From Camelus ferus (Eukaryota), in assembly GCF_009834535.1 (NCBI RefSeq), contig NC_045697.1, forward strand, positions 17,300,001-17,364,000: a stretch of DNA of 64,000 bases, in the 5' to 3' direction. The notes below the pieces were generated by a model, which had not been told where the DNA came from, searched no databases, and was given only the letters and a program-made list of their open reading frames with translations. Every line of letters starts with the position of its first letter. The stretch's first letter is position 1. The position numbers were made by a program, and so were the translations under genes. Positions 52,601 to 64,000 of the stretch are shown one piece after another.

Positions 52601-54837
52601 TTAATGAATTCATGACAGAAGAATCAAGCCTTAGCCTCTAGTTGTTTATTTTATAACATAAACAGGATGTATCAAAGTTTTAGCATTTTAAAAAAGAATA
52701 GGGAAATAGCAATTGAATACCAGTTCTTCCTGTTCTAGTACCCACCCACATTCCCTTATATAACCTCTGGGCATCTAAATTTTTACCCTTCTGCATTCCT
52801 CACATCCCCAATTTTTCTTCTGCTCTAACTGGACTTCCAAGGCCCTGCTCATCTCGCCTGCAGTCAGTGCTTAGCCAGAGTGCGTTTCAGCAATCTCAGG
52901 TTTTCAGCTGGCACTACCTTCCCTGTCCAGCTTCAAAATACACCACTGGATGAGTGAATCTATAAACTAACCTTCTACACAAAGGCTATATATTCACTTT
53001 CCCTTAAACATGCTGGGCTTCAACATGTCTTTCCTCATAAAGAACGATGCACCAATTGCCAAGGAAGTCCTCCCTCCCCCGGGATCATCCAGGGAGGCTA
53101 TGACAGCGCTCTTCTCAACCTCCAAGACGAAGCTGACTCATGCCAGGAGATGACATGATTTCCCAGCAAGAGATCTTACAGCTTTAGCTGAAAGAACTCC
53201 AATAGATTCCCTCAACATCACACACACACATCCCACTGCTGAAGCACTCTTCTCAGAAAGAAAATTCTCCTCAATATCCTTAGGATTTACAAGAACATGA
53301 AAAGCAATAGTTTATAAAAACAAACTAATTCTATTCCATGGGCTTAATTTGTAGATTCTACAAAATGTACCACATACTGGATCGGCACCAAGATGAACCT
53401 AAATTTCCAATATCCTAGCAAAGTCGTCACTTAAAACTTCAAGTTTCCCCCAAAGCTGAGTGCACATAAAGTAACAAAAAATATTTTAACATGTTCTAGA
53501 GATAGCGCTATGACAATAATAATTGCCAAGTTCAACATATTGAAGCTATGATCAGAGTACTTTTAAAAAGTAGTATCTACTACTCCTGCTGATTTATGAA
53601 AAACTCAAAATCTGATTTTTTTCCCTATCAGTCTCCTATTAATTTATATTCCACCAGGCAGATGCTGCATATCTTTTCAGTAAGTTCTTTCAATAAGTTC
53701 TTTCAATTTGAAAAATGTATTTGGTTCATTTAACTTTTACACAGCCATGTAAAGAGATAATCAGCCATGATACGTTTAAGTATCTTTGTAATTCAGAATT
53801 TTCCAATCATCATCAAAAATATTAGCAAAAAGATAAAAAAATACAGCAGTATAAGTTGTAAATCTGTTAGGCCTTGAATACAGAAATAAGCAATAAATTC
53901 AAAACTTGACTGACAAGTAAATTATATTTCTTAAGACTTTTTTCCCTACATGATTAAACTCAAGAAATGTATAGCAGCTATCATGAGGGTCTAGTTTGTT
54001 CGGTATGCTGGTACCCTGTACACATCAAGATTAATCCTTGACAATCACCTCCCAAGCTGGTGAAGGTAATTATAACCACTTTAAAAATATGAAACCTTTA
54101 AAATCAGAGGTTAAGAATCTTACCAAAATTCATATGCAGCTATTATATAACATAATAAATGGCTGGGCTTTTTAGAAACCAAGGTGACTCTACTTCTCTA
54201 GTGGTTGTCAAACCTTTTCAAACAATGCGATCTTATTTTCAAAGAATCTATCAGAATCCCCATCTCTTAAAAAATAAAAGCACAGCTGCATGTATCAAAC
54301 TAGAACTCAGATCTCCTTTCTACCTCCTCACCAAAGCTCCCAGAAACGAGGCTGGAATATCCTTGCTCCCTTCCTGTGCCAGGCAGATATCCACACCAAA
54401 AAGATCCAAAGTTCTTGCCCTCAAGAAAGCCACGCTGCTGTCACTTGGGATCTGTACATCCAACATTTCATACCTACAGACTTAACATTTGTTTAGGTCT
54501 AGACAAAAATTCTAGGCAGAAGACAAGGCACTGAAGAAAAAGTGATTGCCAAGTGATTTAATAGGAAGAAAGACATCTGGCCATTTCCTCACCCTAACCA
54601 ACCTTCCATTTGTTAAGGGGAACTTCCTTGAGGGGAGGGAATCAGTACCTGCTCTTACTCTTGACTCTAAGGTCAAAAGATATGCAAAACTCTATCCAAA
54701 TATATTTCTTTCTATTTACTTTGGAAATACAGATTAACTCTGTACATACAATTCAGATCACAACCACCCATAACCCTTTATAATTCAATATAGTTTGGTA
54801 TCTCACAGACAAATCTTCAGTATTAATACAATGTTTA

Positions 54838-55023
<186 letters not shown>

Positions 55024-56160
55024 CTACAAAATAAAAGTTTGAGTCTGAAAACAAAACGAATAGACACTAAAACATTTTAAGTATTTATCATAATCCTACT
55101 ACTAGTAGCTTATTTTCATTTTAGTAATCAAAATTAATCTAGCAAATTTTCATTGGAATTTTCAAAATAATCTAAGAAACTTTGATTTCTGTAGTCAAAA
55201 ACGTAATCGCCTTATTGGCATTCCACATCCTTTTTCTTAAGAGTCGGACGTCCTAATTAATTCTCAACAAATTGTATTAAAATTGAAATTTCTCACCCAG
55301 GAATATTTAACTGCACTCATAACCTTTTCAATTTTCACAATCTAAAAGAAATTGATGTGCTAGATATTTTAAATAAGCCAATTAGGTTTTAATGTCACGT
55401 ATCACTAATGCAATTATATGGAAGATTTGCTTCATTGTGCCTAATGAGAACATACACCTCTACAGCATCAACATAGATATTTAAGAACTAGGTTAACCCA
55501 AATATCTTAGAGCCTCTTCAAAAATTTCCCTACTACAGAAAACCAATGCATCTGCATTCAAATCTAGGTTTAAGGAGAGGATACAAAATGAGTATTAAGA
55601 GAGTGTGAGAGACAGAGACAGGTGGAAGCTCTAGGGGATGGCAAGGGGACTTAAAAACAGGAAGGAAGCAATATTTTAAATTTCTCAGAAGCTTTAATTC
55701 AGTTAAACTCAATTAAATTATTTGGCAGTTTGTCCAAAGAATGATTCAATCAGAAGTTACTTTTATCAACAAATTATCTTTTATTCAAAAGACAGAGTAA
55801 TTTTTTTTAAAAATTTATCAGGTAAATTTATTATATGAAACTAGAATAATTTTCTCTAAAATGATTTTTAACCAAAGTGCAACTCTGTTTCCATGTTAAA
55901 AGAATATAAAGATTCTGGATACTTAAAAACAAAAAAAAATTTTTTTTCATCTATTTCAAACACACCAGTTTTCTTCAATAATAGATTAAGTGGAAATTGT
56001 GACACAGAAAATTACTATTAAGGATTCGATGTAATAGTTTCTTTTGAGATCTAATGTTTCCAACAAATGAAGTTTGCTATTCATTGAAAGATAAAATATA
56101 ACAAATGAAAACAAATATTTTTAGAAAAAAAAAACTTTCAAATGCTGTGTCTAGATTAGA

Positions 56161-56174
56161 ATGCCCCCTGCTGG
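56161..56174 (-). promoter_or_regulatory. CTCF-like motif in DHX15 intron 5
   Basis: The minus strand reads CCAGCAGGGGGCAT. Confidence 0.45.
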
Positions 56175-57392
56175 TATACAAATACAAATTAGATCTCTTC
56201 CAAATTAAAAAAAAAAAAACAATATAAATCGAAAGCTAGATTTCTTTTACACTTTAAAAAAACTACAGGAAAATTGATGCCAATATTCAGAAGATTTTCA
56301 ATTTTGTTAATTCAATGATATATCTGACTGGAAAGTAAATGGTCAGAAGTCACCAAACCCCAGATAATGTATTACAAAATTAAGTGCCCCAAATCAAGCA
56401 CTTGCAAACTCCAGAATTTTAACAAGATAATACCAACTTTACTTGTAACTATAAACTATCCAATCTGCTAAGCATGGATAGAGCTCAAGCAAAATTGCTA
56501 CTGCATGGGATATAAAGACAGCTCTAAAAGAGGGAGGGGAAAAAGTCCCACACCACTTACGTTTTTACATAAACAAGGTTCTAAATTCTGTTTTTAAACT
56601 CTGCAACGAAATTTTCCCTAAATTTAACCAAATTTCCAGAAAGTCAACACTGTCAGTTCGAAAGATCACAAAGCTCACTGACATTCATTAGCACAATGTA
56701 ACTTCTCCTTAGTCATGAACTGAGAACTGAGAAAAAAGTTTAGGAATCTCTCAATTGTGGAAAGACATTCAGCTGCAAAAGTATCAATGTATGTTGGTAA
56801 ATTAATTTGGACCCTACTAATTTAAAATCTAGACTCCTGCACATAGAAAAAAGCATTTTGCCTAGCAAAATTAAAGATAAAAGAATGTCAACATCTTCAA
56901 GTATCTACTTACAAACAATTGATATTTCAATTACAATCATTCTTATCTAATTCAGTAGGTTACCTCCTCCAAAAAGTTTTACTGGGTAACATTTATATTT
57001 ATTCATAGATCCAGATTTTATGGATTAATAAAAAAAATTATAAAACATTCTAGAATTCAAATCTTTTCCAACCTTTCACCAACTTAAAACTGGTCTCCTC
57101 CCAAATTAACTCAGGGGACTATAAGAAGCACTATTGTCTAAGTGGTCAAAATGGTAATATGGTCTTAAACATTTTAAAATTTCATGAGATAACTTAATTT
57201 TATGGATGCTATTCAAATTTATTAAGACAGAAGTATTGAATTCCCAGAATCTATAATTTAACTGACCAAGTAAAAAAAACAAAAAACAAAAAAAAAAAAA
57301 CAGGTTCACAGACCTGAGGAATAGTAATACTTTACATATCTTTAACAGCTTTACGCAACATAATCAATGAAACAAAATACCTTAGGCACTTT

Positions 57393-57485
57393 TCTCCTTT
57401 CTCTTTTTTTTTTAAAATGGAAGTACTGGAGATTGAACCTTATGCATGCTAAGCATGTGCTGTACCACTGAGCCATACCCTCCCC
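57393..57485 (-). mobile_element. Short tRNA-derived SINE (Vic-1-like) with target-site duplication TTAGGCACTTT
   Basis: The minus strand reads ggggagggtatggctcagtggtacagcacatgcttagcatgcataaggttcaatctccagtac plus an A-rich tail. Duplication copies at 57382-57392 and 57491-57501. Confidence 0.85.
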
Positions 57486-58059
57486 TAACATTAGGCACTT
57501 TGCTACCTTCTCCCCAAAGGTCTTCAAATTTCTTAAGCTGGTCTTCTAAAGGAAACTTTAAAATGTAACAGGACGTATGTAAACCTAGTTCACATTCGAA
57601 AACCACGGTGCTTATTCCCTTCCTTTCCCCAGCTTTGGGATAGTTGCCAAAATATCAACTACAGGAAGTTAACTCATAGAGAAGTATTTCAGGTCCTCAC
57701 CGTAAGGCCATCAGATATGTCAGATGGGATTATAATGTGGTCATCTGAACATAATGACTATTTTGAATAGCTGTTTAAAAAAACAAAAAACACTATGCAC
57801 TTTGGAGGAAGTGAGAAACTACAGAGAGCAGACACAAAAGAACAAAATGACTACCTTAACAGCCCCGATATGCATTACAGGATAAACACTGTGTATATGC
57901 TATCAAAAAGCATTTGATACTCTTACTTATAAAATATATAAAAATTCTCCCATTCAAAATGCACACAAAGGAAGACTAATACCAACAGAGGTTTATCTGT
58001 AAAACTGAATTTGCAACACACCTTATTTCCCAAAAGAACAAGTATGATTCTCTATTGCA

Positions 58060-58255
58060 AACGATTCTGCACCACCAGGGGACATTTAGCAATGTCTGCA
58101 GACATTTTAGGTTGTCGCAACTGGGGGAGTGTAACTGCATCTAATGAGTAAAGGCTAGAGACACTAAAAAATATCCTACAATGCACTCGGTACCCATATC
58201 AAAGAATTACTCAGCCTACAACATAAATAGTGCTATGACTGAAAAACCCTGCTCT
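58060..58255. mobile_element. MER20 DNA transposon
   Basis: ccaggggacatttagcaatgtctgcagacatttt...atatcctacaatgcac...aaaccctgctcta. Confidence 0.8.
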
Positions 58256-58539
58256 ACAGAAAAGAAACTATGGACAATGGGACACAAATCAAAAATCATA
58301 TGGACAAAACAGAAGTGGTGCAGGAACTCAAACATGTATCAAGTTATCTCTGTAGAAACTAAATACAAATAAAATAGTTCACATTCTACTGGAGGTAGGC
58401 AGTCACAAAGCAGACCTGATTTTGATATATGAGAGAACTTGGGCAATTTCCCACAATACTGTTTAGGTGGTGTCATTAAGGTGCCGCAGGTATTATACTG
58501 GCTACAACACTCACCTGGAACAGTGACCTTTAACCTAAG

Positions 58540-59135
58540 GCAACATAAAAATGGCCTGAAGAGCTTGTTGAAGATGCAGATTCCTATAATTTGTCCTCAA
58601 ATTTCACCTGTTTCATCAAGTCTGGAACATGGCCAAGACCTTGCTTTAACAAATTCCCCTACCATACACAGGCAATCCCCTGATCACACCTGAGAAAAAA
58701 AATGTTCTAGAGCAGGGATCAAAGAGTCCAAACTTTTTGGCTGTGATCTATGTACCACCTCTGTCGCATGTTCTTTTTTTCACATACAAACCCTTTTAAA
58801 ATGTAAAAACAATTCTTAACTAGTAAACCTCACAAAAACTAAAACAGGAAGAGAGTGGAGCACATGTAGCTATTTGAATTTATTGAAATTCTGTAAAATT
58901 GAAATTTAAAACATCCTCGCACTAGCCACATTTCAAATATTCAAAAGCCCATATGTTGCTGTGGCTACTATACTGAACATCACAGTTACACGTTATTCCT
59001 AGCTTCGAAGAAAGTTCTAATGGAACAGCTCTGCTCTAGAACCTTGCTAGGAATAGAATCTCAAACCCTACCTGACCTACTGAATCAGAATCTGCAAGTT
59101 TCCTAAGTAATCAGCATGTGTTTGAGAAGCACATT
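58540..59135. mobile_element. Cluster of hAT-Charlie fragments (MER5A-like and MER3-like)
   Basis: agatgcagattcct...ttaacaaattcccc; actagccacatttcaaatattcaa...gtggctactatactgaaca; gacctactgaatcagaatctgca. Confidence 0.6.
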
Positions 59136-59709
59136 CTATAAAATTCTATAAACATTAGTTTGAGAAGCACATTCTATAAAATTCACAAAGCCTATTAGAG
59201 CAAATGACAAACTTTAAGAAAACCTCTACAAAAGAGGCTTTCTAAAACTATTTTATTCATATAGCTTTTCTTGAGCTTATTTTCTTTAGCATTCAAGAAT
59301 TTCACAGCACACCTGTAAACATCCTGCTGGAAATGAGTTTAGAAAATGCTGCACCTGAGAATAAAATTCTAATCTTAAAAATGAGGTAAATTCTAAGGAA
59401 TTTCAGTGATTCCTTCCAATCCTCAGTGAACACGTGGAAGAAGACAAAAACAAAACACACATTGTTTTGATGGTGGATGGGCACCCCAGTTACCTGAGTT
59501 CACTTACGAACTGAATTAAAGACTATAATCCGATTCATAGCATCTGTGATTCAAATTCGTGCTTCAGCAAAACTGCAAATTAACACACACCACTTACCAC
59601 CTAGGTCTCTCCAAAGTTAAGACAATTACTAAGTCTTGAAATTCTAAAAGCATTTAACATTCTTAATTAACTAGAACACAAAGACTAATGGTATAAGAAG
59701 GTATTCCTA

Positions 59710-60141
<432 letters not shown>

Positions 60142-61555
60142 TTACGTGGTCTTAAAAAACAGACGAGTAAAGTTTACTGCTCTCTATAAATCAGTTATGC
60201 CTAAATAAATTGTGATTTAAAAATCAATTACAGAAAGGCTGAGCTACAGTAAGTTATTTACATTTTTAAAATGTAAGGATAAACGTGACATCCAAAAAAG
60301 AAAAAAAATGTATCTTCATGAAGCAACACCTTAAAATCCAAAGTTTATAAAATATATGTAAAAGGAATTGGTAAAAGACAACACTAATATGTAGTATGAT
60401 TATTGTTATTAAAGCAGAACGTGACAACCTTGCACAAAGGAGAAAAAAGCAAAAAAAAATTTTAATTAAAAAAAAAAAATAGTGGCACAGATATAAACTT
60501 CTCCCTTCTTGAAAATCATCTTTACTAAGCATAACTTCTTTAGTAAATTTTCTAAAACAGAAGTTTTCTACACTGTTGTGAAAAGCCATAGCTATACAAG
60601 GTTGTTCAGGTTCAGGGTTACATGACTATACAGTCCCCTCCTTTTATGGAAATTGTTACATAATCCATTAACATATACTTAAATAGAAGGTCCCCTCATT
60701 AAACATTCCACCAGAGTCCTTAACTTCTACTCTGAATTTCTCCAAAATTTCAATAGATCATAAAATTTAATCAATAATGATGGTACTCAAAGTTACTCAA
60801 ATATAAAAGCATAAATTTAATTTTCATAAGAAGAATCCTCAATATCGATTTTTTTGACTCAGAATCTTTCTGCCCAGTGTACAAACCCTCTGTAACATAC
60901 ACTAACATGCAATACTGAGTCTAAGTTCCAATGAATGGTGTGTGTATACACACACACACAATGTAAAAGGGAAACTTCACAAACTTTGAGACAAAAATGT
61001 CAGCATATGCAGTCAGTTTTAAAGCCCTTATCAACACAGTAACACTGGCCAGGGTAATAGTGGCATAACAGGGAAGAAGAAAAAAAAAAAAAAAAAAAAG
61101 ACCCTGGGTTAAGCAAAGGCATCTCTGAGGAGCAGCTGGTTCTGGGCAGTTACTCCACTAGGCAGCATTATGAGATATAATGAGTGTGCTTGTGTTGAGA
61201 CAAGGAAAAAGATCTGATCCTTAAAGAAGTCCTCTGTACTTAATAAGGGAGGGTGAGCAAAAGGCTTACAGAAACACTGTACCATTAGGACATTTAAAAG
61301 AAAACAAAAAACTGGGTGGGTTAAAAATGGAAAAGATTTGGTTTAAAAATACATTACTAAAAAGTGGAAGTAAAGTCTAAAAGACGCAGCAAAGTAAATT
61401 AGAAAGAAAAAACCACTGCAGGTGCTCTCATTGGCTGCTTTTTTTTACAGTTGATTATTTTTTTTATAGTTGATTAGAAGGATCAGTATGCATTCCCTGT
61501 TTTTTTATATATACCTATGTATATAGGGATTAAAAAAAACAAACAAAAGAAATTA

Positions 61556-61756
<201 letters not shown>

Positions 61757-64000
61757 TTAGGACATTTTAAAACTAAACTTTATGATATGTGAAACACAAA
61801 GACATCCGGTAAATCAAAATTAAGCCCCTGTTCAAAACAAATGTGCTATTGTTCTATAATCAATGGCAAAATTAAGCTTCCAGAAAAACTTTTTTGAGTG
61901 TATCAAACGTATACATTATCAAATCCTGTCAAATGAGATTGCAATACTGAAATGCATTGAGAAAACAAAGTAAATCAGACGGTTATGGAATATAATGAAC
62001 ACATGATTTCACACAAATGCGAAGCAGAACTAGTCACTTAAATATATCTTAACAAAACAAAATTTAAAACAAACATTCAACCTGCAAAACAAAACTAAGA
62101 AACCATTTTAAGTTGCTTTTATCATATTACATCACTAAAATGTTGTATTTCTTTAAAGCCTTAATAACTCCCCACTTAAACTAACACAGACTTCTGGTTC
62201 GAAAGGGAACGGGTTCACAATCGCTTTCCCCAGCCCCATCCAATTCAATAAAATGATGGTAAAGAATCACAAAAAGGAATGTATTTGTGGAATAAGGAGC
62301 AGTATTAGCACAATAGAAATGCTGATTAATACATATGGAAGAGAAAAGGCAAATAGCATTAGCTGTATCAATGAACCAAAGAGAGGAAAACCAGGCTTAG
62401 GAATAGCTCAAGAGAAGACAGCTAATATAGAATCCAGGCACTGAGATGAAGGGTGGTTTGCCAAATGGTTGTTATGGGTCAGCCATCTCCAGTCCATTCC
62501 ATTCTGGCTGCTACTGTCACTAACGAGAAACAATTATCCTATGTTTGGCACCTGGACAAAACAAAGTCGGCCTGCAAACGCTGAAGTCACAGGTCATTCA
62601 GTTAAATACAAATCCATGGTTTTATTTACAGAATTAAGAGCAGCATAAAAATCTGAAGTCATCATTTATGACTTCACTATCTTGGCTCTGTTTTTTACGA
62701 ATTAGTCTAATCTAATCTTTCATGGACCAACTTGATATTTTTAGCTAATGCCATCTGTTGGAGCACTAAGTTCAGCAAAATGACAGTGTACACGCCAAGT
62801 GAAGCCTTCTCTTTCACCTGAACTTAATTGTAAATTAAGATTTGGCAAACAAATCCGTCTTTATGTATTTGTGCTTCTATCTTCTTTGGTCCTATTTCAA
62901 AAAGGAAACTACCACATTCCTGGAATTGACATACCATTACCTGCAAAATTATTTTTTATATTAAGACCATGAAAGAAAAAACAAAGCCAATTAAACTATG
63001 ACTCAATGTCTTAATCACAGTGCGCCGCAATGCATGAACCAGCTACGTTATAGCCTCTAGATGCTCTGAAATCTCTTTGATCTATTTAAGAACACTTGGT
63101 GATTTCTCCTGCCTTCATATGCTATTACTGACACGAGTTAGGGAGTCCTTCTGCACATTATCTCAGTAACCAAACACTAGAACAGTTTCATCTACTTGTG
63201 GATAATTTCCTTAGATTTAACAAAGCTCTTGCCTGTTGCTTTGCAAAGCAAAAAAACTGAATTGGGCACTCTTTGTGAACAAGTATCTGCTTAAATACCA
63301 TCAAACTTACATTCTGCTGCTCAGTTTCCTAGCCTGCTCATTTCAACATGGAATCCTAGTATTTTTGTTAGCAAATAAACTCAACACAAAGAATTCCAAC
63401 AATACATATCACTTATTTGAAGCAACATATACAGCTAGATTAAGTTCAAGCATTCACAGGCAATGACAACCACCTAACTTCTGTTTGTAAGACCCTCACA
63501 GATTGTAAAACGCATTTAATTTCACATATTAAAAGTGTGATTAAAAATTCACTGAAGTATCAAAACTTTCACTTGAAAAATCCTTTTTAAAAAACTCTAT
63601 TTTGATCTTTTCTCATATTCAAGCTTCAGGATCACCGTAACATATGGAGGCATTCAAAAGCAGAGCTGACCCAAATACTCATTCTTTCATATTTTTCAGG
63701 AAGAGGGGAATGGTTACAAATGGCAGTTTATAAATACTATAAATTAGACTAATGGCACCACTGTATTCTTTTATTAACAACTTACTAAGTTAAAACGATC
63801 AACTGAACCCAAACCCTGATTCTGAGATTCTAGAGACAGACTTCTGTTAGTTCCTCAATATTAATTAGATCCAATGATCCAATTCTAAGAGATGCTACAG
63901 TTAAGCATCTCCTGCATCACCAGCTAATATACGAAGCATGCTGTTTGTATAAACAGAGCTTCAGGAAAAATTTTTAAAGTTGGAAGGTCTCTAAAAGACA

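Overview
Mammalian genomic DNA, most likely camelid (tRNA-derived Vic-1-like SINEs). The right half holds the 3' part of the DEAH-box splicing helicase gene DHX15 on the minus strand. Eleven coding exons (human exons 4-14, about K234 to Y795 and the stop) splice in frame with GT-AG boundaries, followed by a ~450-nt 3'UTR with AATAAA. The left end is a ~3.4-kb CpG island with (CCG)n and alternating purine-pyrimidine repeats. It contains a minus-strand exon with a strong-Kozak ATG, 29 codons and a phase-0 GT donor. By recalled synteny this is the distal brain-specific first exon (B1/SSR) of PPARGC1A. The ~34 kb between is mostly old repeats (MIR, L1, L2, MaLR/ERVL LTRs, MER DNA transposons), with a small second CpG island, CTCF-like motifs and a nuclear-receptor motif cluster. 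The best candidates for undescribed biology are: a 31-nt poison exon and a structured, AG-free acceptor region in DHX15 intron 10; a cryptic acceptor in the last DHX15 intron; and an optional 5'UTR intron inside the putative PPARGC1A B1 exon. Repeat family names and boundaries were judged by eye and are approximate. No database search was run.
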